Below, piece after piece: positions 12,616 through 24,200 of a stretch of DNA of 64,000 nt (position 1 is the stretch's first letter; the number at the start of each line of letters is the position of its first letter). Under the pieces are notes generated by a model that did not search any database, was not told the DNA's origin, and saw nothing but the letters and a program-made list of their open reading frames with translations. The stretch spans positions 186,001 to 250,000 of the forward strand of contig JAYWIR010000088.1 of the NCBI GenBank assembly GCA_036172245.1, given 5' to 3'. The DNA comes from Raillietiella orientalis. Taxonomy: Eukaryota. The position numbers and the translations under genes are program-made.

Positions 12616-15600
12616 TTGAGTTGGTCCTCCCCTGCTCCCCGCCTGAGAAACTCCGTATCGCTCCCCACGCTCATCAGCGCGCTCTTCGCCCTCAGCTTGC
12701 AATATGGAAACAACGGTGTCGCCGCTGCAGCGGATCACTCGGATCCCAGAAGAGGTGCCGAAGACAAGGCTTGGACGAGGATCTTCGAGACGGAGCAGGA
12801 AGACAGCAGTAAGAAGGTGGGTCGGACGACCCGTCTCCGCCCGCGCGGGCGCCTCCGTCACTCCACATGTCTCTCCAGAGCGCGACGGTTGCCGCCGACA
12901 AAAACCTGGAGGCGAAGGTGGAGGGGGAGCCGAACGGCCTCCCCCTTCTCTCACAACTGAGTGGGTGGGGAGGTAGAGGCTCGCTTCTCAACGCGGCCGA
13001 TAGGCTGCCTTCTTTTCTGATGCGTGGCTGCTTTAAGGGTTTGCGGAAACTCGGTCGTGAGGCCTCCTTGGAGGAGGGGGAGCACTAGTCTCGAGTGTTC
13101 CTTTCTTTGCCGGAGCCTCCGACGGGAGCCGGCCTAGAGGAAGGGACCGAATCGGGAGGTGAACTGAGACCTTGCGTTCGCCCTCCTCTCCCCGTCTTCT
13201 TTGCTCGGGTTCTGAGCCGACTCGCCACCTTTGCCGCCTCCTCTGGTTCCAGCTGTTCGGGATCAAGATCAAGGTCGGGAAGAAGCGAACGTCCCTCAAG
13301 GTCACCTTCGACCCGTTCAGCTCAGAGACGTTTCTTGTATCCCCCCAGTGCGCCTATACCGCCTGCTCTACGGGATTCCCTGGAGGTGAGTGGGAGGAAC
13401 CTGCGCGTGCGCCACTAGCCGGAGGGCGGTTTCAGACAGGTACAGGCAGTGTTCGCGCCTCCGTAGCGACAGGAGCAAGAGAGTGAGAAGCACGCTCACC
13501 AGCGAGCTCTTAGAGAAGGGACACGAAGTGGAAGACCGGATCCAGGTGGGAGAAGCACTTTCGTCCCACCGCGGCAGAGGGAAGGGGGATTCCCTTCCTT
13601 GCTCTTTGCCAACGAGGGAACCGTGGGCAAGACGCTCTCGTTCTCTCCCGAGGATAGGAATCCCCGTCCTGAAACGCGAGGGAGTGCGATGGGCGGCATC
13701 CACTCTCCGTGGGTAGGGATTTCCAAAACCGGGGTCTCCCTCGTGGGGTGCGCGCACCGAATCCCTCGTATTTGGAGCGGCCTCGTCCCTCTGAAAGACG
13801 TCCGCTCTACATGCCGTGGAAGCTGCTGCCGCCCGTCCACTCGGGGCTCCAGAACCCAGGGTTGCCCGGCTGGAACCCGAGCTCGCTTGCGCACAGAGGC
13901 GGACTCTCGAGGTGGGTGACCAGGCGGGGACGGTCTGGTTCTCGAAAAGTCCCGGGGGACCGTTTCCAGGGGTAGGAGCACCGGAGAGGTTCGACGGTGC
14001 CGACACCTGGTAGCCTCTCGGAGTACCTCCAACGCCATCACCCGAGGGTGCGCGCGACCCAGTCAGGGGCACCTCAGTTCATCCTGGAGGGTTCCGGAGG
14101 AAGGAGTCTCCCTCTGACTCCTAGGGGAGGAGAGAAATTCCCTCTCCCTCTGGTTACCCCTGGAGGGAGCCCCGAAAGTGGTTCTCTCTTTGCTTGCTCC
14201 TCCGATGGGTACACTACGAAGGGGCACCTAGATTTTCTGGGGATCAAGCATCTCCAGGGGACGTGATGGAAGGGGAAGCCCCTAGACTCTGTAGTTCCTG
14301 GGAGGACTCTGGAGGGTCCCACCCGGAACCCGGTGGGCCGACAGGCGTCACCCTGAGGCGGGGAAGGGGAGAGGGTGGAATGTAGCCCTCGTTCTCGGTG
14401 CTGACCCTTCGAGGAGGGTTCCCCATGAGATGCGCTCCAGCGTTCAAGTCCTAACAGCGCGGTCGCCTGGGAGTGGAGTCCCGAATTCCCCTGCAGCCCG
14501 AGACTTCCGCCTTCCCTGCGCGGAGCTGCGACCGGCAACGGCGCCTTCGCTTCCCTTTCTACGACTTCGCGGGAGGAAGGGCGGGTCGTCCGTGGACCTG
14601 ACGCGACCTTCCTGGCGCTCCGTTCGAGAAGAGCGGCACCGCCGAATCCAGGTAGCGTCGGGGACGTGTCCGGAAGCTGAGCAGAGACGGCGCCCTCTCC
14701 ACATCCCACATGGCTCCTCCGAAAGCTGCATCTCCAGAGAATCCTTCCCCTCGACCAAAGGGAAGTCTCATCCGGAAGGATCCGCTGAGCCAGGATGCTT
14801 TGCCTTTTCAGATCGGCAGGCTGGCCGGCAAGCTGCGCTTCCTGGAAGTCACCCGGATCCCGTGGAAGGTGTGGCACTGCGGGACTCTGGGATTCGGCCA
14901 GGGGGCGGCAGGACAAATCCTTCCCCTACCGCAGCAGCTTCAGGGAAGGCTCCTCTGGCCAGGATACTCCTTCTTCTTCCCCCGGTACGTCGCTTCCTTC
15001 CGCTGTGCTCTCCTCCCGGCGCGCCGTCGGCAGAGCGGGAGCCCTTATGTCGCCGGGAAGGCGCAGGGAGGAGGGGTTCCGAAAAAAAATTGCCCCAGGA
15101 CGCAAAGAGGGGTGGAAAAAACGACTCTGACCCCACTACTCCTTCCTCGTGTGCCATGCACTGCCCACGCGGACTCCGCACGCCCACGCCAGGAGGGCAC
15201 CAGGCCCATCCCTGTTTCTGAGGCCGCGCGCGCCGCAGGTCGTTGGACACCCGGAGGCGAACGAAGCGATGGAGGTTTCGGCGACCGACAGCTCGCTGCT
15301 TCGACCTCCTGAGGGCCTCCGCTGATGGCGAAGTCCCACGCTCAGAGCGCCCGACCACCCGGATAGAGGTCAACCAGCGTCATCTTGCGGGAGGAACGCT
15401 AACTCTTCTCGTTCCTCCCGCACTCATAGCACACCCGTTTCTCTTCGGCGTCGATTCTTTCCGAGTATTCGAACCCGGGACGCTTGGTGGTGCCACGATT
15501 GGAAACCGTGACCTCCAGTGACCTCCGAAAGCGGACAGAGAAATCGAGGGACCATTGACTCCGGTCAAAGCATCACCTAAACCTCCGTGGCGTCTCTTGC

Positions 15601-16297
15601 AGGAACCCCAACCGCCACGGAAAGCTCCTGCTGGGCAGCACCGATCAGGCGCTGTACGATGGGGAATTCCAGGATTTCAACTTCACAGGAGGGGATGGAT
15701 CGAGTGCTTGGAAATTCCCTCTTAGCAGGTGAAGAACGGGATTCTGACGTCCGTGGTCTTCATGTGTTCGTGCAGCGTGAGGTTTCTCGGTAAAGAGCTT
15801 TGCCCAACAGGCTGCGTAGCAAAGCTCACGGACGTCGAGCACATCTCTGGTCCGCAAGATGGTATCGAGTGGATCACAAAGTCCCTAAACGCTAGCAAAG
15901 ACAAGGATGAAGGAATCCTCTTTCACCAGGTTATCGTCACGTGTCTGAAGCACCGGTGATCGCTTTTTCCAAGGGAGAGTGCACAAACCGTTCCATGGAC
16001 CTGACCTTCGGGATAGGGAGAGTGAAATACAAGATCCCGAAGAAAGTTTACACGGAAACTCTGGGAGGAGGACGCTGCAGGTACTTTCTGGAATCCCAAT
16101 TTGAAGCAGCCGCCGAGCAGCCCACGTGGAGGCTGGGGAAGCATTTCTTCCGCAAAGTCTACACGCGGGTCGACTTCGAGAGGGGGATGTTTGGGTTCGC
16201 CTCCCTCAAACGACGTCCGAGGTCTCCCGCCAGCAAGAGCCATCAGAAGGTGGAAAGCTCTCCTGCTGCAAGAGAAGGAGCTGGATCGCAGCGATGA
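12616..16297 (+). CDS. Pepsin-family (peptidase A1) aspartic-protease-like protein, predicted catalytically dead; exons ?-12816, 13253-13385, 13436-13545, 14812-14984, 15603-15728, 15776-15929, 15974-16297 (start codon unresolved)
   Basis: Pepsin landmarks occur in order: LFGIKIKVG..LKVTFDPFSS..C...AC; GHEVEDRIQIG; CGTLGFG; YSFFFPR; GKLLLGSTDQALYDGEF; WKFPLS; CPTGCVAKLTDVEHISGP; DLTFGIG..Y; WRLGKHFFRKVYTRVDFERGMFGFA. All junctions are GT-AG and phase-compatible, with no stops over 339 codons from 13253. Confidence 0.85.
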
Positions 16298-17899
16298 AGA
16301 AGCACTCCAGCTAAATAACCACCAGTCTCAGGTTCCTGAAATTCATGTTTTTCGCTCTTTCTATTGAAATTATATTGGCAACCACCTATCTAAAACAAAC
16401 ACTTCCTCGGCCCGCGGTAACACGGTTAGGATTGCAATTAGGATCTCATCACCCAGAAGGAAAATTCCTTTCCCAACAGATCCTTTTCCCCCCCTCAATA
16501 GCAGTCTTCTGTAATCACGGTTTCTCCAGGAAAAGAACTCTGTGCAAGGAACCGGATCTTCCAGAGTTCCTCGAGACGGAAGAGGAAACCCAGAGGTTAG
16601 TTCCGTCAGCTCCCCGAAACCAGCGAATGAACGAGATTGCTGCTCCTCGTATCTCCTGCGCGCTCTGGGCGGAAATCATCCGGAGGCTTTCGACGATCTG
16701 GGAGCGGTCCAGAGAACGAGAACATTCTCTCCCTCCTGCCGCTGTTTGATCTGCGACTTTGCTCCTGCTCATGCTGCCTGCAACCTGGAAAGATTCCTTC
16801 TCTCCCTCTCCTCCTTGCTGTAGTTCTCCATCAACGTTGTTGCTGTTGGAGTGCAATGGCTTGCCTCTAATGACTTTACAAATTACAGTATCCTCCGCTT
16901 GCTTCATTTCTGATTACCTAGCGGCCAAGCTCAGCCCCCGAGGTATCTCTCGAAGAAAATTCCGACTTGACGGGTGCGGTAGAGACGCTGAACGTCCCGT
17001 TTTCTCCACGCTCCATGAGAGTTGCCAGAGTAACCCCCTTCGGCAATCTTTGGCGCTTGCAAGCAAATCTCAACCACGGCGATGAGCTGCATTCAGCTGA
17101 CCGATGTCATCATGCGAAGCATTCCAGAACAGAATTGAGCAACTTGTCTAGAAAAAAACAACAACAACTTCGATTGAAATTTATTACCACGGAAACGAGG
17201 AGGGATTCTCCTCAGCCGGTGCATCCCTGTATCACTCGAAAGGGATTCCGGACTCGCACTGGACCTGTGCTGAAAAGCACGAGCGGTTCTTCCGAAGTGG
17301 CCAGCCATTGTTTCGCGTCCCCATTCGGCTGAAAAGAAGGCAGAAGGAGCAGCTTTTCTGCGTCCACCCGAGGCCTCGATCCTCGGTGCCAGAGGAAAAT
17401 CCACGAGGACTCCTCTCGTGGCGGCGGCAGAAGACGCCACAGTTTCAACCATGGAAGTCCTTTGCGTGCGCTCTTGGCTGAACTCTGTGCCGCACGCCTG
17501 CTACCTGCCGCCAACACGGTAAACGGCAGCTCCCTAAAGGAAGCAGTCCCTAAAGGCGCTCGCTAAAGTGCCCGCCCTATCGTCTGCAAGGGGACTTTGT
17601 ATTGACTCGTAGCACACCGATCCCCCACCACCTCGCCACAACTCGAGTATCCGGTCAGACGCGGAGCTTCAAAGTCCGCTGCAGCTTAAGCCTTCTGCCT
17701 TCTTATAGGGTTGCCGCTGACAACGGCATCTTCACTTCCCTCCTTGCGATCTGTGGACACGGATAGAAAGAAAATCAGCCCCGAGTTCGATACAACAATC
17801 CCTGTTTTTGCAGTGGACAGACCATGAAACCGGTCTTATTAGCAGCACCCCAGCCTTTTCAAGACGGCCACCACCTACAGTTCGAATCGCAGTACCCAG

Positions 17900-20330
17900 G
17901 TCTGCAGCAACCTGCGACTTCCTCCGAACGATCGAACAAGGGTCTCAGCATTAGCAATAGCCTGGATGCAACTGGAAGTCGCAAGTTACTGGCTCCTTCG
18001 TGTGGTAAATATTTTCACCTTGCCTACTTGCCTACCGCGTGGTGCAGAAGATTCCATGAATCTTCCTGGAAGGTGAATCAGTTCGTCACACTCTAATCAT
18101 CTCAATCTTCGGAAGCCACGCAATCCGTGGATCACTTTCTTATCAATCCCCACCGCAGTGAAGTGGACGAACGCAGTGCAACAAGACCAAGAGTGTGCTG
18201 CCTCCACAGCCAGGTCGGTCACATCACGTGCGAGCAGCACAGATCTCGGGAGTGGCTTTGAATGCAAGAGAAAAACTCGAACCATCGCAAGGGGCTCACA
18301 GGAGCAGCTGTACAGATTACCCCGAAACCACAACTGGGATCGTTAAGGGAACAGTACTGGAGAAGCCAAAGCTTCTAAAGGTAGCTGGAGTGTGGAAGAA
18401 AATCGGAGCAAGTCAAAAAGCAAGCGGTTTGCATTGTAGCGAGGCCAACTGGTAGGCGTCTTCTTCCAATCAAACAAAGGTTCTGCAGAATGATCAAGAG
18501 CGGGCCACGAAGATTCTGAAGGAAACCTCAGGAGGAAACTACAGGGACCAAGTGCTTAGTGAATTGGAGTACCTGGATGTCGTAAGCCAGCAGCAAGCTG
18601 CTCATGAGCAGGAGAGAAATAGGGACTAGGGTTAGAGCTACGCTCTACTATCTTTGCAAGGAAGAGGGAAGAAGAGCGTGCAGAGGGCTGACCACAAGAA
18701 CAATGCCGGTCGATTAGGCGAACCCGGAAACAAAGTGCTTGGATCACCCATAGCAGCGGGCTTCTCGAGGATCGAGACTACCATTTGAAAGCACCCCACG
18801 TGAACGAAAAGGAACCAACAGCCGTGTGGATCCTCCACACAAAGACAGAATCTCATGTCAATCTACTGGAGTGCCTTAAAAGAGACGGGTCAGGAAACAG
18901 CGATAGAGTGGAGACAGAGCTGGAGCCACAGCCTCTAAAATAAGTCGCCAGCACTGGAGAATCGAGATGCAACTCAGAAGCCTTACTCCTTCATAGAGAG
19001 TTTCCGTCTTCGAGAATCAGGAATCAGAACAATCAGAATCAGGAATCATTCTGGAATGCCAATGGAGGCGACTAATCACCGAAACGGGTGGTGGAATTCA
19101 AGGTAGTCTGCTTCCAGGAATCCAACGAGTTGACCCGGACCATCAAACAGGGGCTGGAGACACGCCCGAAAGCTCCACCACCAGTCAAGGATGTTCCAGG
19201 AAAGTAGTCCTGGAGCTCTGTGACAGATGAAGGCGCACTTCGATTCGAGATGCCCGACAAACACTCACCTGCTGTTGATCCACGTGTGCGAGCCGCATTC
19301 GCATTTTGCTCGACTCGCTAGCCGCGTGGAATCTCCTGGAGAGCAGGATCGTTTCAAAGAACTTTCTGGTCATCCTCCATGTTGATTTTTGTTTGGAATC
19401 CGTCAAACGTGCAAGATGGCGAGCCATTATCGGTTCCTGCAGGCCTCCGCTCAGGAGTTCATGTGATGTTCACTATCAGTCGACGGACTCTGAGAAAGGA
19501 ACTGAAAAAGAACTGAATATCTACCCACTTGACGACTTCCTTTTCTCCGTATATCCAAACTACTGATGGTAGGAATCCTAGGCATTGCCCTCTTTCTTAA
19601 ATTTTAAGGCGTTCAATGGGAGCTTGGGGGAATCTCCTCGATTTCCATCCCTTTGATGTTTTGTCGAAACTGCACCGAGGCAGTTGCGTGTCCCGCTGGT
19701 GACAAGAGATGTGTCCTCAGTAGGTGCTCCACTGTGGCTGCACGTTTCAGGGCTTGCGTCATCATCCTCTTCGTATTTCCTGCCTGTGTACGAGGGGTCC
19801 AAGGTCTTCGGAGCGTCTCCTGGCTCTTCGGATCTCCAGCTCTCGGGAAACCTGCCGAATGGCCAAGGGTATGAGAGATCTGCGCGCCTTTGGCGATCCC
19901 TCTACTGAAGCGGTGCTCCGGCTGCATCAAGAACGCGGAAGGAAGAGACCAAGTACAAGAGGTCAAACCTCCTCCTGAAGAAGGCTGTCACGGGGGACGC
20001 GGGACCCATTTCGAGTCACCCTCCTACCTGGTGCCTAGAAACATCAACGAATAGCTGCGATACTTCAACCATCTCACCTGGACAGAAGGAGTGCTCCAAG
20101 TGAAATCCAAGCACTCGATTGGCGCACTGGAGGAAAGGCTTCACCTGGCTCCGAGGAGACACTTAGTTACGCGAGCCAGAGACTCTTGGGACAAACAACA
20201 GGAAAGCGTGTGGGTGTCCCTGCGGTATTGCGACATCCCAGCTCAAGGGTCACCGACTGGTACGTTGACCACGGGCAAATCAGAACCGGAACCGGAGAAA
20301 TGTGCTCAGTAGGTGAAGACAGTTGAGGAA
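17900..20330 (+). mobile_element. Highly decayed non-LTR ORF2 remnant
   Basis: Degenerate motifs in the expected order: SVDHFLI (~18130, endonuclease-like), GIRQTCKMAS (~19395), YPLDDFLF (~19525, YADD-like), LRVPLV (~19690). Confidence 0.5.
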
Positions 20331-21029
20331 GGTGAGTAATTAAGTGAAGTGAAACGGAGGGGGGATGGAAAGTTGTTTGAGTTCAACAGAGCAGGGGATG
20401 AAAGGGGTCGCTAAAGGTCTGAGTTTCTACGTGCTCTCAGCCTCCTCATGACATGTGCAGACCTCTTGTCTCCACTGAGCCTGTCGCGGAATGCTATCTT
20501 AGTCTGCATCTTGCGAATGAGTGCGATCGGTGGCTTAATTTGCGGTCATTGTGGACTAATAGCCAGGCCGTGACCGCCTTGCACACGTATCGTAGGATGA
20601 AAAGAGGACCAACCGAAGAAACTGGCATCTTTCCACCTGAAAATCCTCATCATGAGAAACAAACAGCATTCATCTGACTCGGAACACCGCGCAGACAACA
20701 GCTGGCGCAGAATTGTATTGAAGATAATCTGGCTCTTCCAGCACCTGTGTTCTCGAAGAAATGAGCCTTCTGGTTCAGCAGAGCAAGCGCTGGCTGCAGA
20801 AAAAACACAAGTGCAAGACCAGAATTGCAAAGGTCATCAGAGGATGGTGAACGAGTTGTGGGCACGTCTGCCAACACGATTGATTTACTCAGCGACGAAG
20901 GATGGAATGCATGACTGGGTCGACCACATCCACCTTAGCGTTGGCATGCGTGAGTGGATCACTCATCGTGGCGAGCCGCGCACGGAGCTGGAGGGACCAT
21001 TCCAGGGTTTCCTTCTCTGCCCCATTCTG

Positions 21030-21290
21030 AAGACTGGCGTCAGTCTCCATTGGACGACTTGACGAATCCGCTCCTCTGGAATAGCCGCATCCAGAAAAGA
21101 ACGTGGCGACTTTTTGGATCATTGGCGCTTTCCAAAGAGGGAAAAGTGCATGCGTCGAGATAGCATCTGCAACACCCACTTGCGCTTCATGGTGTTTCCA
21201 TAAGGTCCGTTTTCATGCGTTCTCTTGTCACGAAAACCATTTTCGTTTCCCCGCATTCCGGCATTCCTGCATTCATGTCCGGCATGATGG
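21030..21290. repeat. Diverged repeat, inverted homolog of 6040-6300
   Basis: Reverse complement aligns by eye with 6040-6300. Confidence 0.8.
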
Positions 21291-24200
21291 AAATCCTCTT
21301 GGGTTCTTCTGTTTTCCCTGCTTTCCTTCCATCTTTTTTTTTCCTACTACGCAAAGTGGCGAAGAACCGCTCGGCCTCATTAAAAAGAGTTCACAAAGCT
21401 CTTTGATACTGCCCACGCCACTCCTGGGTGCGCGTGACTCTTCAAGCAAGGAGGTACTGCACTCTGGAAGGGGACCACCCTATGAAATCAGGAAGGACTC
21501 CGCAGGAAAGAGTCCGTTTTCTAACGCTTGGAGGAAAACCCCGAAGGAAACTCTCGCCTTGGTTGCCACCGGAAGGAATCCGCAGGAGAAGAGCTCCTTG
21601 TTTGCTCCTCTAAGGAAAAACTCTGAAAGGGCCCGTCATTCAGTCGGCATTGGTGTGATTGTGACCAGATTCTGTTGGCAGCTCGTCACGAGCTTTGTGG
21701 AATCAGTAAAAAAAAAAAGAAAAGTGGAGATTTCTCTGTGCTGTTTCGCTGCTCCTCTATCAGGGTAGGCATGCTGTTAATGATCGCTGCACCTTCACCG
21801 AAGTCCTTCTTCTGTTGCTAGCGAAGGATGCAGAGATGTGCAGCTCGAAAGACAGGGTGCGAACATCTGAGGAAGCTGAGTTTGTGAATGGAAGGGAAGG
21901 ACTTTGGCTCATGCGCTCATGTCGCGGGGTTTAGGTGAGTCCCTGTTTACGAGGAGATTCAGCGTGCTCCACGTGTCCTTCGCCGCAACCACCTAGACGG
22001 AGCGCCTCTTCCTGAAACCCATCTTGAAATTCATCGTCATTGTGTCATTCGTTTACATAGCTTCCTCTTTATTACGACGGAGAGGATTTCGATGGCTGTG
22101 AGAAAAAAAAAGAGGGGAGCTGTAGACTGAACGAATGGTTGCTGAGCCTCTGTGTTTCACATATTTTATGCGTGGTGAGGTCGTCCTCGTATTGGAATCT
22201 AGACTTGCAAATTTTGTTTAAATCGCTGACATCTCAAGCAATTTTCTCCATTTGGTTTCCCTATGATGCAATAGGTATCTATGCTTACCACTACAGCCGC
22301 ATTTATCATGTTGTCAATACTTTGTTCCGTGAATAATCAATGAATTTATTACTCATAATTTCATCTAATCAACATGAGCTCCAGCCGTTAATATCAAGTA
22401 CCACTTCGATCATCGTCGAGATCACATCCTATTGCCTAGATGCACCTTCCAGAGCGCCCACTCTGTTTCAAGGATTTGGAAGCGAGCAACGGGCGATTCG
22501 CCCGCAGTGATTATGGCCTAAAACTCGCCATTCTCAAATAATTTGCTGTATAATCTTGGTTCAATGCAAAATTACATTCACATGTTCGAATTGAGCACAT
22601 TGTGGTTTATCACACCGATTCTCATAAATGCACCTTGATCAGGAAAGTGCTTTCAGCAAAATTGTGGAAATAAAGATGAGCAGAGTTCTCTTGGTCCATC
22701 AACTATGGAAGCAGACTTCCATTAATAGTCTTAATTACTGCCGAATCATCAGCATTCCTTTCATACCCTTTGTCTGTACCAGGGCACCTAATTGGGTTTT
22801 GCGAAAATAGCCCGTTTTTCATGGGTTTAGCAAAAGTTTCTAACAGTCATCAATCATGTCCAAAATGAGATCCGGAATTTTATGTAATACAATTTCGATT
22901 TGCATTTTCATACATATCGAGTCATACAAACAGTCTCGAAACTCAAATGGAAAATGCTTGCTTGTCTTTGCTAATTATTCGTAAATCCTAAATTTATCGC
23001 ATATGTTTCCGTCCCATAGTGAACAGCATCATACAGGAATCCGTCCCTTCTGCATGTCTTATTAATAAACTTGCTCCCTTGTAGGCTTTCATAACAAATT
23101 TCAAGCGAATCTAAATTTAGAGAGCAAGCTTCAACGCTTCTATCCTGTGGTAACCCTGGGTTGATTTGCTTTTTATCCTTCTTTAGTCCAGTATCACTAA
23201 ACCTACTACTGCTCCATTTGCTTTCTTATTAATTAATATACGTAAGAATTTAAAAGTGGTCATGCATCTATGGATTTATGATATTATTAAAGAGATGAAT
23301 TTTTACACCATTCTGGCTAATTCTTACCTTCTATGGAATACGTTTATTAATCCTCCAAGTGCTGACAGTGTTCTCAATTCGAAGGATACCTGCATTTTTA
23401 TTTCTGATTATAATCACGAATATTGTGTAAACTGTCAAGCGCAGTGTTAACACGTTTCACCAACAATTAATGAATTAAATGTATTTATGCAATCAAAAGT
23501 TTGAAAAGCTCAGAATATTTTTCCATCATCGGAATATGATACAACTGCTTCCATCGGATAGCTATAGTTATACCTTATTTGCAGTGGTATTTGTTTTACC
23601 ATCCCAAGTGAATTTTATAGTCTGTTTAGTGTTTTGCATCTTCCATTGACATTTTTGGTTTTCAGCGGACTTTTTGCTATCAGGAATTTCGTCCCAAGCT
23701 TCACTCATGTTAAGATTCCGTGTTGATTTGGTTCTCCTTCAGGTCAGGCCATGCTGTGCTGACTTTTACTCGCAGCAGAGAAAACTGGAAAAGAGTTTTC
23801 TTTCCGTGAACCCGAGGTCTTTCGGGTTTCGTTTGCATCGTCTCCATCACTGCTCTGCTTTGCCAGCGGTGAAGCTCAGATCGGTGGGCTGGAGATGACC
23901 AGCGCCTGCAGCTACTGGAGATTCGGGCTTCCTCACAGCGCGGCTGCCTTCGATCTCGCTGCTCACAGAAGCCCAAATGGAACTTTCCAGAATGATTGCC
24001 CGCGTAGAGAGTTCCAGCTTGGCGTACATTTTCCAAGGGTTTGCTTGCCGAAAAAAGAACGTTTTGACTGTTTCCAAAGCATGCGTATTTTTTTTTGGAC
24101 GGAAGATCACCTTTGACAAAGGAAGAGAGGTGCTTCCCTTCAGTACCGCAAAGCGTTCCGTTTCACTTTGTACGCTTTTCCGTTTCCGGTAGGTGCGGGA

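Noticed and set aside
11702..15570. Long overlapping GC-rich ORFs (e.g. 11908..12954, 14074..14916)
   Set aside because: No recognisable domains; explained by high GC and overlap with the pepsin-like gene and its introns.
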